Shown here: in pieces, positions 1 through 15,416 of the stretch
How the letters are laid out: the number at the start of each line of letters is the position of its first letter
Position numbering within the stretch: position 1 is the first letter of the stretch
Source of the DNA: Chrysomallon squamiferum
Taxonomy: Eukaryota > Animalia > Mollusca
DNA length: 64,000 nt
Assembly: GCA_012295275.1 (NCBI GenBank)
Contig: CM022672.1
Span: 16,182,001-16,246,000 of the forward strand
Direction: 5' to 3'
Notes under the pieces: generated by a model
Told to the model about the DNA's origin: nothing
The model's input: only the letters and a program-made list of their open reading frames with translations
Databases searched by the model: none
Position numbers and translations under genes: made by a program

Positions 1-800
1 TCTATTTTATTTTATTTTAATTGTTTTTAAATATTTTTTTATTATTATTATCATCATTATTATTATTTTTTCAAACTTATTATTTAAAATATATTGCTTA
101 ATTTAATAATTGAGATTCATGGCCATGGTAGAAATTATTGTTTGTTGAGTTATGCATAGAAAACTCTGTAACTATATTTTATACCCTGCTACTCCACATT
201 CTATAAAAGAGAAGCCAAAAACTCTTAACATACTACTTCTCTAGCTTTTAGCACTCTGCTTCTATAATATGTACATACTACTTCATAGACAATGCTGTCT
301 TTTAAGTAACAACTACTGCAACAATGGTTTCTTAAAACAAAACAATCAAAATGCCAGCAACTACTACAGCAACTTCAGAATATTTTAATTTTTTTTATAA
401 AAACCCATACAAGGACTAAAGAGAAACTGTTCACACACTGTTCTACCAGCGAGGGTCTTAAAGTGAGCTTAGCAATGATGAGACACTGGACATGACAGGA
501 GGACTGAATCATTACCAAATACCAAGCTGTTTCGTCAAATCCCGTCATTTTATCATCTGTAGAGTGACTCTTTTCAAGTGACTGTTTGAACAAACTCGTT
601 CAAGACGCTTTCTTCTTCCACACACACCTGATGTGAAACGTGTGAGTTGTCCTGTTTAAAAGACGGTGGTGGTGGTGGTGTAAGTTCAGTGATGAAACAT
701 CAACATCGTCAGGTTTTGGTTGTATTTTTAAGTAACTGACTGACTTCCAGGTTAGAGACAGATTTTTGTAAAGTGTTCTGTGATTTTGTATGAAGATATG

Positions 801-842
<42 letters not shown>

Positions 843-1740
843 TTTTGATTATTATTTAATTTTAAAGTAATTTGCCCCCCCTCAACAGAGGCACTGATAA
901 CATCTGTCAAGACTTTTGTTTTAAGAAAAATGGGAAAACAAAAATGGTTTCTTGAAATTTTGGGTTTTTTTTTTTTAAATAATAATTTTAATACTCCAGA
1001 AAGTATTAATAGATAAGGTCCAGTAATTATTTGGTATCTTAGTGTTAATATATGTAAAGTATTGGCAGAACCAGGATTTTGGGAAAATAGGGTGAAAGAG
1101 TCCTTTCATTTCAGTGAGTATAACATGACCATGCTGGAATCTGTACATGATATATGTGCTAGTATAAACTAATTAACTTTTTTCTTATTCATTTGTTTGT
1201 TTTATTTTCAAATTTTATAAAAATCTGTTTTAATTTTTTATAAACAGAACATCCTAGTTTAAATTACTCTTTCTTCTATTAACAATCAAAATTGAATAAC
1301 TCTTTATTCAGAAATTAATTATTCTTAAAAAGACATAAAACATTAATCTGAATAACTACATTTGATTCAGACTTTGATAAAAAGGATTTCACAAAACAAT
1401 TTAAAAAAAAATGATTTAAAGAAACAGATTTATATTCAGAATTATTACAAAGGACACTTTGTATTGAAACTATATAACCCTGCAGTTTTCTAGACAGTAA
1501 CTGAATTAAACATTCTCAATGAATTTTTTACTTTCAATGTAAAGACTCATTTAAAATTCTTTTCTCTTTCTTTTTTTTCCCCATTTAGGGTAACACAAAA
1601 CAAATAATAACAAAATCCAATAGTCTCATACAGATTTTAATCCCCAGGAGCACTGAAATGTTTCTACAGCTGAAAAAAACTAATAAAACAAAATAAAAAT
1701 GACAGAGAAAAAATCTGACACACACTATAAAATGAAACAA

Positions 1741-1882
1741 TGTATTATTACCAAAGGATGTAAAACTACTACCTAATAAAATGATGTATTATTACCAAAG
1801 GATGTAAAACTACTACATAATAAAATGATTTATTATTACCAAAGGATGTAAAACTACTACATAATAAAATGATTTATTATTA
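1741..1882. repeat. 44-bp tandem repeat, about 3.2 copies
   Basis: Unit tgtattattaccaaaggatgtaaaactactac(c/a)taataaaatga recurs at 1741, 1785 and 1829. Confidence 0.9.
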
Positions 1883-4800
1883 AACCTCAATCTAGTAGGA
1901 GGTATGGAATAGTCAGTCACCCATTTCAAGCCATCATTTTTATTTTTTTTAAACAGAAAACATCAAGATCTTGGCTTGTTTTTTGTTCTGGGCTTTTTAC
2001 ACCATTAGCTTATCAAAATCTATGGTATGAGCTATCCTGTCCACATAAAGATATTTGGTAAAGAAATGTAAAAAAAAATTAAAAATTGTAAAAATTTCAA
2101 AATCATTGATAACTAATAAATACATATTTCCGCTAAAAAATAAGGCAACAAGCCCTAAATTGACCAAATTTGGCATCTTTCCTTGCATTGCATTTATTTT
2201 TAAGTCCTTGATTTATGTAAAAAATAGTTAAAACACTTTGACATTTTATGACCCATTTATAGAGCTTAAATGAAAGCAAGAAATGATATTAAATTATAAA
2301 CTTTTTAATAATAATAATAATTTGAAGAGAAAAAAATCAGGGCATATATGTTTGTTTTTATTTCTAATTTTTTATTTATTTTTTTATTTTATATTTTTCT
2401 TATATGACAGCCTCATTGGCAGCCTCATAACTATTCAAGGGCAATATCTTTTTAAATATTAAATTATTTTTCATCTGATTCTTAAAACAATTCGAAATCA
2501 AATGTTTACCTTTATTTAAATTAACATTTTGATATCATAAAAATAATTTGAAGTAAATCAAAATTGCTTGATATTTAAATGTCAGACTACTTTTATAAAT
2601 TACTACATTAATAATAATTAACTTTTAATTTGTTCATTTCTTTTTGTATCTTCTTTTCTTTTTATTCTGCATTTAAAAAAAAAAAAAAAATTCAAAAAAT
2701 AAAACTTAAAGAAGAAAAGAAAAAAAGAGAATCTTAATTATGATTCTTTCATGAAAATGAAAATTAATGGTATTTAAAATGTTTCGCTATGAAAATTACC
2801 GAACTCCCATCTGGATATTTATCTGATTCATTATTACAAATGTCACACATGACATAACCCAGAAATATTTTAAAAACCCTAATGAGAGGGGCAGAGGAAC
2901 AGATACAATCATACTGTACAAAAGTCAATGAAATTACTAATAGCTGAAATTTGGGGGAAATTATGCACCAATTATAGAAAAAAAATTGGAAGAGATAGGA
3001 GGGCACAAAGAAGAAACCAGAAATTATACTGATTAAAAAATGAAAGAAAAAAGAAAAAGGACAGTGGAATTATGAATATTTAAAATTTAGTGAAAATTAC
3101 ATGTTGGTTGCAGAAAATCGTACCCTGATTCAGAACACCATGACTTGTTCCTCTGAAAATGGACAATGTATGGGCTCTCCTATTTATGGAATGAGTCAAT
3201 AACAGAATGAATAAATGAACCAATGAATGGCTGGATGGATGGTTGGTTAGATAATTATTAGATGGACAGCTTGAATTAATGAATGAATGGAAATTTAGTA
3301 TCATCTGAGTATATTTTAAAACTAAGTGTTATTAGTTTTAATCAAGCAAGAAAGAAACCAAACCTTATATCAGTTTCCTTGTTATACAGAAATCACCTAT
3401 AGTTCAAAATACAATTCAGTTATAAACAAATAAAAAGCATTTGGAAAGGAGAAATTTTTTATTTTTTTAAATTAAAAAAAACAGTAGTTTTAGTTAAAAT
3501 AAGATAGGATATAAAAAAAATATTTAATTATATCTTCAAAAGACAGAATCAAAACATTTACACGAATTTTTATGGACACTGACGTCTTAGTAATGGATAA
3601 GCATTTAAACAAATGTGGGTGGGGGAATAAATAAAAAATGAAGACAACTATACTGCTTTTCAAACTTGATTAATAAAAGCAAAAAAACAATATTGATTTT
3701 AAATTCAACAGAAACGGACTGATTAATTACAATTTTTTTTTTCCTGTAAGCAAAGTTGAAAAGAGCAAAGACAGAATGAAGCAGACACAAAGGAATTAGC
3801 TAAAAATTTAGTGAAAGCAGTCAACATATGATTCATACAATTATCTGTGATGCTTCAAACACAAGATCTGGATAATTCATTTTTAAATGCTCTCTTCAGA
3901 GTCATATTTCTGCAGCAGATATTAGCAACAATGAAATCATCAGAAAGTGTTCTTAAAAAGACCTAATCTAACCAATCAGCTGTGAAATACAATCTGAATT
4001 ATACATTCACTTGGTTCATTAAACATTGATATGTGAAAATATTTAATGGTCATAATGATTTTCTGTATTCTTTAAAAAAAAAAGAAAAAAAAAAGAAAAA
4101 GACAAAAAAAAGACAGAAATGAAATTTAATATTTTATATCTTAATGCAAGAATAAATTATTTTACAGTATATATTTATGATGTGAAACACAGCATGCCAA
4201 TAGATTTCAAAAGGAATTTTAGCCAGAAAAGCTGCCTGTCAGGTTTTATGTCAGTTATAGTATTTTATATTATATGTATTTTACATACATACATAAATAA
4301 TACATACATACATTCATAATACATTTATGTTTGGTTGTGTGAGTATTCACTTTTAGTTACTGATAATAGCTGTTGTTTTGTTGACTTATTTCAAATATGT
4401 CTGTTATTTCAAAAAAGTTTGATTGATGATTTAAGATTGAGAAAATGTTTTAAAAGTTAAGATCACCAAGAAACATAAACAACAGGAAGACCAAGTAATA
4501 ATCATCAAATTAAAAAACTATGTTCTAAGCTATAAAGCAAAAAGAACATTTTAATTATTATGTTTTTGGTTTTTTTTGCTTCAATAATATATCAAAATTA
4601 GATTCAACAAGAAAGCAGAGGATATATTTATTAGCTGTGATAATTTTCACATGTGTAAAAACAAATCTGATTTAGTTTTGTTTTTAGTTATTTATTATTT
4701 TATTTATTTATATGTATTATGGTATTATGTTTATTTATTAGTTATGTTAATTATATTTATTATTTTTATTTATTTTTTATTTATTGTTTACTTATTTATA

Positions 4801-7800
4801 TTTATTATAATGTTTATTAACTTAATACTGTAATAATGTATTTTATATTATTTTAAAATGCAGATTCTAAGTATTTCATGTAGTTACATGTTTTCTGTCT
4901 ACCCACAGTCAAGAATGAAATAAAAATGTAACAGAAAATTTGAATTTTATTGATTTACACATAAAACTTCAAAAAACACACATAACTACATTTCTGAACT
5001 GACACAATACATTAATAATACATTTTTTTAAAAACTTTTTCAAATGTGTGAAGTTACAAAGTATGTTAAGTCGAAGTGAAAGTTTTACTATTCAAAATTT
5101 TATTCAGATATATTTAATATTATTGGAGAAATAGAACGAGAGAGAGAGTGACAGACATATGGTTAAGGACACACAATTAAAGACAGAAGATATTATTTTT
5201 TCAGTTAGAAGTAAGAACCCTTTGATACATACCATTCCACAGAAAGGAAAGAATAATCCTAAAGGAAAAGGAAAGGTAGAAAAATTGAGAAAGTAACTGA
5301 GGAAACAGCAAGGACTGGAAAAGAGAAAGAAAAAGGATAAACATTTCAAATACATTAATAAAGAAGAAAGCCTGAAAAGTAATAATAATAAAATTAATAC
5401 ATTTTATTTTAAATAGCAACAATAATAATAATAAGAAAAGTCCTTGTAAAAGCAAAAGAAAAAAGAAAATCTCTTCAAAAAGCTGAGGAGGATATGGTTA
5501 TCGTCTACACTTGTAAAATAGCAAACAGATAATAAAAAGCTACGTTTCTTTGGTTGCCTCCCATCCGAATTAATAGTTAACTAATCCATGTTTTCTTGTG
5601 TTGGCTGACAAAATTATAGTGCAGTTTACAAAATAACTTAGCACTGTGAGCAATAAAGACGACTGTAAGCACACGTTGCAACAAACTGGGACACGTCGCC
5701 AACGGCTTGCTTCACAGGAGACATCCACGGCGCATTCAACAAACCACAATAGTCCAGCACACTAAAAAGAAGGCATCAAACGATGAAATCAGTCATGCGA
5801 CGACTGTGTATTTACCTGTGTGCATTCACCTGTGAACAAAATGCTATTGTTCAGAGGCATCAAGATAAGGTGTTGGTTATAGTCACAAAGCGAGTAATGA
5901 TTGCACATACTCGTGTGCATGTTGAAACTTCAAGATGTCTACCATTTCTAAGGTAACAATGGTTTATGTCATCTGGTGTAAGTTGCAGCAGGTGTTGGTG
6001 TTTCTGTCAGCTTCAGTGTAAATAGGTCGACAACAAAATGAATATGAAAACATATATTTCTGGCAGTGCCACCCAAAATGTTTGGTGTGTGGCAACCTGC
6101 TCAAGGTAATATTCATAAAAATTAATTACCTTGTTTCTCATTTTCTATTCATTTCTGTAATAAACAACCCTTGCCAATTAGCATAAAGGAAAATAGCACA
6201 CAAAAAAAGATGCCTTGCTGCTAATCAACTACAGATATTTTTGCTAATTAACTTTTAAGAAAAAGCATATAGTGTGCTAATTGGTAAGTGAAGTTCTTAC
6301 AAATGAACATACAAAAGTGAAATAAGAGGCTTTAATAAAAGTTTTGCAAAAATGTAAACAAAAATGGATGTAAAAGGTATATTGCCCCTCTTATGTGAAT
6401 TTAAATGAATATGAATGCAAAAGGGATTTTGTTCCCCAATTCAGATATAAAGAACAGGAATGTAACATGAATCTTGCTGTGTGCCGAGTTATATAAAAGA
6501 TACAAGGCTGTTAACAAAAGTCCTGATAAAAACAATATTTTTTTTTTTAACAATCTCTGAACATCTGCTATAAGCAGTAAAATATCATCCAGATGGAATC
6601 ATTTATTCCCAAAATAAAACCAAAATTGAATTTTTTTTTAAAGATTAAATACAATTTACTCTATCATAAAAAAGAAAGAAAGAAAGAAGAAAAAAAAAGG
6701 ATTTTCATTTTATTTAAATACCTTATTTAGTTCTACACTCTGTGATTTTACTCTTCTCTTTCATATAGATTTTTTTTACCTTTGAGCTGATCTCTCTTTT
6801 TTCCAGTTTTAGTATTCTTACATGCATACATGTGTCTACTTCAAAGACACACCGTCCTGTTTTAAACAGTCGCCTCAGATTTTATGGAAACAGGCAGACT
6901 GGAAATATTCATGTTTTATGGATTTGTGGGATTAGCATGGTCTCAACATAACATTTAATGTCGTTGCTGGGACCTCCACTGTGTCATGTTTAACAGTGAC
7001 AGCCTCTGTGTGTCGTAGCAGACTGTACATTTAATTCTGAAATGTTCTAAAACGAAAATAAAATCTTTCATCCAACTCTGTCACTCCCTGCTTCTCCTAA
7101 TCATCTGTGTGTCTGTCTGTTTGACTGTCTGTTATTTCCTTCTCCATCTCGGCACAGTAATGTGTTTCATTCTGTTGTTGGCAGTTCAAGTTATAATCTA
7201 TAAGTATTTATGTGTTCAGATTCTCATTTAGTACATATTTAATCCTAAAGACACAAACATTACACTCATTATATATAAATATATATATATATATTATTTT
7301 ATATTTTTTGACTAATTTTTAACATCAGGACATGAAGCAGTCAACTGTGTGAAGATTAAAGATATCCATGATGGAGTTTGACAAAATTTACACAACACAG
7401 ACTTTGTCACACATTTTACTGATAATGTTAAAAATAAATCTACAGGTGGGATTGAGCACATGTTGCTTTGATCAATTTTCTTTTATCAGAATAATCGAGA
7501 AAAAATACTAGGTTCTGAAGTACTTTTCACATTGCATAACTGTCTTATTTGTTTATATAATTTACAGTCAGTTAACAAATTGCTTTGGTTTGTACTTTTA
7601 AATGAAAATTAACCAAACAACAAACGGAAGGTTTATCCTACATTGTTATATGCATAATATCTATATTCTAAATACTGGACTAAGATGTGGGAAAGGGTTT
7701 CTTTTTTTGGGTGGGTCTTAATGGGATTTTTTGTTTGATATTTTTTTTTATTTTTTTTATTATTATTGTTTATTAATTAATTTATTTATTTATGTGTGTG

Positions 7801-10140
7801 TGTGTGTGTGTGTGTCTGTGTGTGTGTTTATTTATTTAAAGGTGCATGAAAAACAATCACTTAGTGTTGAGTCCATGCATTGATGGTAGAAATTTATCAG
7901 TTAATAATATACACCACCAATAGATAATTAATAGAGAAAATGTACTGATTTTATATTCATAATTATATTTTGGTGTGTATGTCTTTTTGTAATTAATTCT
8001 AACTTTCCCTCTCTCTCTCTTTCTCTCACTTTCTTTCTCATTATGTCCATATATTAACTAACTAATTATATTCCAGATTATTCTTTCTTTTTTCCCTAAA
8101 TCTCAGACTAAATTATAGCTTGTTTTTTTTTATCTTGGCAACCACAGTTAATGGTTTTTTCTTACTGGCCAAGATCCAGCTCAAATAACAAGGATTTTAT
8201 TTCCCCTTTTTTAAAAGCAATAACTTGACTTAGAACATTATTCTGTCACTTGTTAAATGAAATATAGCATTTCTTCACCACAGTGCTTTCCAAATTAACA
8301 GAGGAAACAAAAAACACACAATCTGCAAGATGTCTTCCACATCACAGGAAAATGACTGGTGGCTACATCTGTTTATGCATGCAGTAATAAACAATAATTT
8401 CTAGAAAACCTTGCATAACAATCTGTTTAATTAAATAGAAAAAAATATATATTAATAAAACTGTCTTTTTTTCTTTTTCAGTGTGTGTATGTGTGTGTGT
8501 GTGTGTGTGTGTATGTGCAGATGTCCACAGGTGAGAAATGTTGGTGTTTTTTTGTTGTTTTTTTTAGTTAAAGAAAAATGTGTGTTTTGGTGGAAAATGC
8601 AAATATTTTTTGTTTTATTCCACATTCATTTTAATTTTTCAAATGTTTTTATATTTAACCAAAAAGTTTTAATTATATTTCTAATATCAATTTCACCTGC
8701 TGTTTTCAGCCATATGTAAACCACAAAATTAACATACAAGCTGACACAGATGAAAAAAAAAAAGTTTTTATTTAATTCATGAAGATTCTGTCCTCGTTTT
8801 ATTACAACTTAACTTATCTTACCTTATAATCTTAATATAGTTTGTTTGTTGTTGTTTTGTTTGTTTTTGTGTTGTTGTTTTTTTTAATTTACTCCAGTAC
8901 TACTGCATTGTTGCCAAAAATATTAATTTAGGCTTAACAAATGAAATATTTTTGTTAACACAACTGTATGTGATCCCATCATGAGGTCCATGCCTCCTAA
9001 ATCTGCATGGACCATTAAGTCATAAAGATAAGCTTACCTATATTGATAAATTAGTTTACTTATTGAGGATGCAGTGAAAGGAAATAAAGGTGTTACAAGG
9101 TTTAAATGCCTCTTCATACAGGCAAATCTCCCACCCTTCACACCTTCAGAAAAAGAACTGAAATGACTGCAGAAAAAAAAACAACAACAACACCAAACCA
9201 CCAAATCATAATTTTTTATAAACCTGCACCTAGATGACTCACAAATGAAGTAATACGAATTGAAAACTTCCTTTTAATAGATAGGCTTTACAGTGGATTT
9301 AAAGCGGGCACAATAAAATTATTACAACCTGCCAGAAATGAATAATTTATGCAAATTTTATATATAACTGAATTACAGTTAGATCCTGAATGGCATTCTG
9401 AGCTTATAGACATAAGGATGTTTTCAAAAAATGTTTCTGATTAAAAAAACCAGTTTATGATAAATGAACCATAATGATAACAAATCAGTACTGGTATTAA
9501 AATATGGAAAAGCTTTAATATTAAATGTTATGAAACCATACAATACAGTGATTATCAATAATTTTAAATAGTATGAATGCATAAATTAATCAGGAAAATA
9601 TAATGTGAAATAAGAGAGAAAACATATATATAATTAACCTCTATTTAAGGCAGATTACCAGATACTTTGAAATAAACTGGTGTATTAATTTATATTTCAG
9701 AAAATAAATCCACAATTTTGTTTGGTTCTATTCAACTCTGGTGTATATTAATATCTGTTTCTCTAAAGCTGTTAGTTATTTTTACAGTAGAAATTAATTG
9801 AAATAAAGGTGAGTGTGTGTGCCATACTATTTAAAAAAGTCAAAGAAAGAAAATGCTTTTATTTATAAAATATTCTCAATTTTTAATTATTATTTACTTA
9901 TTTTTGTTTTTTTTGTTTGTTTTTTTTTAACATTAAACTTAAATAAAATGATAATCACTATCATAAATCATTAACATTCATCAAATATTGTAATTTTGTT
10001 TTCACAGTTTATGCATTTATTTTGTAATTAATCATATTTCTTATTTTATTTTATTTTATTTTATTTATTTTATTTTTTTTAAATTTTTATCCATTTATTT
10101 ATTTTTTGCTGCTGTTTTATTATTATTAAATTATATGTAC

Positions 10141-11095
10141 CTTCCGGCAGCTGTGGTGGAAATGCCCATATTCAAATTACAGTTGTTAATAATACTGAAA
10201 TCCATCCACCCACACAATTCAACATAAACGTTCTTTGTGCGCCGTGCTACACACAGTTTCACTTTTATTATAGTATTTCAACAGCTGAACGAAAATGCTT
10301 TAAAAATTAAATAAAATATATTTCTGTGAAGTGTTCTATGTAATTTATTCAGACTTAATGCACATAAAACACAAATCTGTAACGATAAGCAACTGACTAG
10401 AAATATAATACTAACTAAAAAGCACCATTATTCGATATAACTGTACACGCAAACTAAATTTCTCTTCTACATCATTATTCAACAGATACGAATTAACTGA
10501 TATTTTAAAACTAGATTTCTCAAGAACAGATTGAAGACCATGAGGTACATTATTCCAGGCGACAGCACCCATATTCATCATTTATTACATAATATTAATA
10601 ATAATGTACGGATTATTATTTTTTTTTTTTTCTTCTTACGAAAAACACGACGATTGTAATGAAATCACTAAGATAATGAAGTTGTCATACTTTTCGAATG
10701 ACATCCATTCCAGTCGTTGTAACATGACAGTATATTATTTGAACGTAAACGTTTATTTTACGATTCATATTTCAACAATGTTGAGTCATATTGTCAAGTG
10801 ATAAACATCGTTCATTCTGTTGCGTTTCGGATTTCTGTTTTGCATTCACTGTGAAAGAAAATAATAAAACTGTATTGTTGGGATTTTTTTTTTTTTTTTT
10901 TGTCACAAGCACAAACTTCACTGAGGAACAAAAACAAAGACAGTAAAAACCGATTAAAAGAAAAACTAGGATAATAAACATTACATACTCACAGATAAAT
11001 ATACTGTTTCGCTACTTCGATCCGCAGCATCAACAGATTACACGCGCTGATTATCCTAGCGATTTTGCTTCAGACCGCCATCACATGTAAATTTT
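10141..11095 (-). other. Putative 5' end of an unidentified minus-strand gene (non-coding exon 1 plus short first coding exon); the gene probably continues beyond the left edge
   Basis: Minus-strand donor CT|GTGAGT at 10992 closes a CpG-rich segment (about 10993-11095), with a CCAAT box just upstream (gattgg near 11122). A second exon 10194-10141 is bounded by TTTCAG and AAG|GTACAT and contains ATG at 10169 reading MGISTTAAG (phase 2). The acceptor polypyrimidine tract is weak and no further exon was identified. Confidence 0.4.
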
Positions 11096-11636
11096 CCTTG
11101 GCCGTCTGCTATTGTTCGTTTGATTGGTTAAAATATTCTCTGGGTACACTCTGTACAGTGGACTACGACTCTGCTAATGTACTACGATTCGTGACACTCG
11201 CAGTAACGAAGCGATGTGGCATGGCAAACGAATAAATTGTCGTATTTCTGTAGCAGAATTCGGCACAAAAGTCATTTGCTTCAATCTGATTGGATAGTTC
11301 TTTAATGTGCGTGTCAAGGTCAACTTGTGTTTATATCTATAAAGGTCATGTCATAAAGCACGTGGTCCGCCGAAGTCGGTCCTTTGATGTTTCATTATCT
11401 GTTATTTGTAGACTGAATGTTTTAATTCGTGTTATTCCTTATAATCAAATATTAATCTTTTTGTTTTCATCTTTTATCTTCTAAGAAGTTTTTTGTTTGT
11501 TTGTTTGTTTGTTAATTTTATTTAATTTGACCAGATTAATCTTGAAAAAGAAAAAACAACAACAAACATACTACAGTACACACGTGCGATTGGATACATA
11601 ACGAAACATTCGTACGGTGTTAAATTCATACATACA

Positions 11637-11682
<46 letters not shown>

Positions 11683-12898
11683 CAAAACGTACGTATAAAA
11701 TAATATTCGATGTTTGTTTTGAGATGTTACTTGCAAAGCAACGATTAACAACATTGAGAGTTGTGATAACATTGCAAATAAAATAAAATAAAATCAATTA
11801 AAACAAAATAAAATAAGAAGATGATGATGCCGTTTCTATTTAATTATAATTACCTTTTTCTTGCGGACCTACATAATGCATACATATACACATATGCATA
11901 CGCATATACATATATAAATGCACATAGTGTATATGTGCATACATAATTATTATTATACATACATATATAAAATATATATATATAGCACCATAATCATACA
12001 TACATTTAAGCCATAACACACACACACATACACAGTGTTAGTTATACACATAGTCCTACTGATATTTACGTTAAATATTACATCTACGTAAATAAACGCA
12101 TTAACTCATCGATTGTGTCCTATATTACACAGATGAGTGAAACATTTGAAGCTACGTACAACGTGAATGGAATTGGAAATGGTTGTTAATGTCCGTGTTT
12201 CTGGATGACTGAAAAGGGAAAATTAAACTGAAATTTTCTAAATGGACAGATATTGGTTTTAAAGACTATACAGTGAAATTATTTATAAAATAAAAAAATT
12301 AAAAAAAGTTGTAGGAATGTATAATCGCGCAAGTGTGTGCCAGTCTAATCTCTGTTTGTCTGTGTGTGTGTTGTTTGACTTTATATGTATTAAAATATAA
12401 ATTAGAAAAAACTTATACTGAAAGCATACGTGAATACGAAAGTACATTTTAAATAGTTTTTTTCTTTAATCCTTGTAATGAAATATTTTTAATCCTGAAA
12501 ATTACATAAATTTTGTCTATGATCCTCGCGCATTTGAACACATCCCTTTTCTCAGTTCCGAAAAATATGTACTATTCGTGCGTGCGCGCGCGTGTGATTT
12601 ATCATTATATAAATTAATTAACGTTGCGTTATAGGCAATAATTCAGACCTTTAAATCAACTTTTATTTATTAAAATTTATCTCAGTAACCATTTCCGTAA
12701 TCCGATAAGACATTCTGACAATAATAGTTTACCATTTCCAGTAAATCACATTCACGCATTGAAAGTAATTAAGCCTGAACCTGCACAAATATTTATATAT
12801 TATATTATAATATAATGCCATAGGAATTTGTTTTGATATTCTAATGCATATTGTTACGAAATGGTTCGAAGTTGTAAATTTTGAGTGTAACGTAGCAC

Positions 12899-12902
<4 letters not shown>

Positions 12903-12977
<75 letters not shown>
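12903..12977. repeat. (AG)n microsatellite, representative of many
   Basis: Pure GA run. Similar (AG/CT)n tracts lie near 17634, 25327, 26222, 26716, 27164, 41199, 46566, 51129, 51509, 51653, 52425 and 61097; (TAA)n near 14517, 45231 and 62213. Confidence 0.95.
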
Positions 12978-12978
<1 letters not shown>

Positions 12979-14514
12979 ACCTGATTATTATAGTAAGAAT
13001 GACCTGATTCAGCCAGAAAATATAAAATTTTATCAAGTCATATCAGAAAAAGGGCAGGGAGGCAGAGAGCGAGACAGACTACAATTTTGGTTATGTAATA
13101 TGTATGTGATTGTCTTTGTAGGCTATTTATGATTTAATCTGTATAATTATGTAAGCTCATGTGGGTGCACTAATCCATGTGATTTAGCGTATGTCCGCAA
13201 GGAAAGGAAATTATAATTAAATAGAAACGTCATCTTCTTCTTCTTTATTTCATATTTTTATTTTATTTTAATTTAATTTTTTTTTTTTTTGCAGCACGTT
13301 ATCACTATTCTCAGGGTTGTTAGTGGTTGCTTTGCAAGTAACGTTTCAAAACAAACATCCATTTCTTCTTTAATCAAGGCAATGTAAATGACTGTTGCTG
13401 ACGATATAGGGAGGTGGGCTTATTATAGCATCGTACTATCTGTTTCCGAAAGCCACACATGGCGACTGAACACGTTTATCCGTAGACACGGCATCTCTCC
13501 CTCCTCAGAAACAGATCAGTTTGGCTAGATAAAACCAAGATAACCAGTTCATCTATGGCGATGTATTAGCCCCAAGCAGCAGCACTCCTCGGTGAGATTT
13601 CTTGTAATTACGTCTACATGACAATATTATAATGTAGCTGTGAGCAACTGTAATTCACGGATTTCTTTTCGACCGCGTTTTAGAAGATCCACTGGAACAT
13701 TTGATTATGCTTGCAAGACAATGTCCGTGGACATTTTAAAATTATTTCATTATCTGATATCAGCTTACTAATGTTTATAATTTTGCTTATTATTTTAATT
13801 TAATTTATTTTAATATATTTATGGTTATATTTAATAATTTAGTTTATTTTATTTTAACTTATTATTATTATTATTTAATTATTGTTGTTGATATTATTTA
13901 TTTATTTATTGGTATATTGGTTTTATCGTTTAATTTTAAAATTATTATTCGTTATTATTCTCTGAATAAAAAAAATGTTTAAAACATTAAAATCTGAAGT
14001 TCAGAAAATAGACAAAAATGGTCTTCCTTATTAGATGTAATATTTTTTCCCCTCTTTCAAACGTTCATAAAACAAACTTTATTTCTTTCATTTTTCTGTC
14101 TTAAAAGAGAAATGTTTTAAATTTGTTCTTTTTTCTAAAACATTTACAAGCAGGTTTATTGCTGTCGTCTGCAATACATTGTTAGCTGGGATCTTCGTCT
14201 GTTTTCGAATAATAAACTTTTTTGGCGTCGTTAGAACAGGTTACGAACTCAAACATAGAAAAGATGCTTTGTCTGTTTAAAATCCAAAAGAATATAATGG
14301 CGTCTCTAAGTTTTTGTGAAAAGAGATTAAAGAGTACTTTCATGTACATAAATAAATGATATAAATAAATTTTATATGCTTCGAGGAAATAAAAGCGAGC
14401 CATGTTTCCAAAGACCAAAGAATAATTATTACAAAACCTTTCCAGTCTCCCTCCCTGTCAAAACAAAGGGTAAATTTCCCCGTCCCTATTTACTGCGACG
14501 AAATTTATAGAGAC

Positions 14515-14570
<56 letters not shown>

Positions 14571-15385
14571 TTTAAACAACATTAAAAACAAAAAAACAAA
14601 AATGAGAAAAGAATATATATTTATATATTATCAGGTTATTGTTTTAATACACATTACAAGACCGCAATTTGTCTGTTATGTGGAAAAATAATATGGTCAG
14701 TGCTGAACGATCGCTTCCTTAGAGTGTCTTTTTGTGTCCCCAGAGTGGATCTGTTGATGAACGAATGAATTAAATAGTCTAGCAGCTCCTGATCAAAATG
14801 AAACCATTTCATACTTGAACTGTGTTTCGATAGAAATTACGAGAAACGCGTTCAATTCACCTGAGTAAATTTTAAAATATTTACTTATCAAACATTTGAA
14901 ATAGCTTTTCCGCGATATAAGCGCCATGTTTTTGTTGAAATGTGCATTGATTGTCGTCTGCCTGTTATTGGTGATTCGTCAACAAAATGTATCGTCTGCG
15001 TGGTTTCATCCACCCCCCTCCGCTTGCCGTCAGCCTCGTCATTTTAAATACTTTGTGTCAACTTTGCTGTTGTTTTATTCGCGTGTAATTTGTTTTTCCA
15101 TTGCAAATGTGTGCTTGTGCAAAGCCTTTCTGTGATTTTTGAAACTTAAAAATTTATTGGATTTGTTTTAATAGGACACGCTTTCCATTTTAACATTATG
15201 TGTCAATTGAATTAAAATTTTTTTATTAAAAGAGAACTTACCTTCTTGTTCAAACAATCACTGACGTCATGAATATTGCTAATAAATGAGAACTTTAATA
15301 GATCTTTAATAACTATTGGAGATTTAATCAGCACAGACATTCATTGTGATTTTTACAAGAACATTAGCAGCAGTTTGCCTTAAAT

Positions 15386-15416
15386 CATAGGTTTTCAACG
15401 TGGGGATCGCGACCCC
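15386..15416 (+). mobile_element. Possible hAT/Charlie-type terminal fragment
   Basis: catag gttttcaacgtggggatcgcgacccc resembles the CAG(T/G)GGTT(C/T)TCAAC...GGGGTCGCGACCCC terminus typical of hAT-Charlie elements. No matching opposite end was found. Confidence 0.35.

Noticed and set aside
375-593. 72-aa minus-strand ORF as the next exon of the left-hand gene
   Set aside because: No convincing splice sites or recognisable protein similarity.
11311-11348. AGGTCA half-sites near the minus-strand gene promoter (also isolated ones near 13001 and 39290)
   Set aside because: No DR1/DR2/DR5 pairing. They show that single half-sites occur as background, so only paired elements were weighted.
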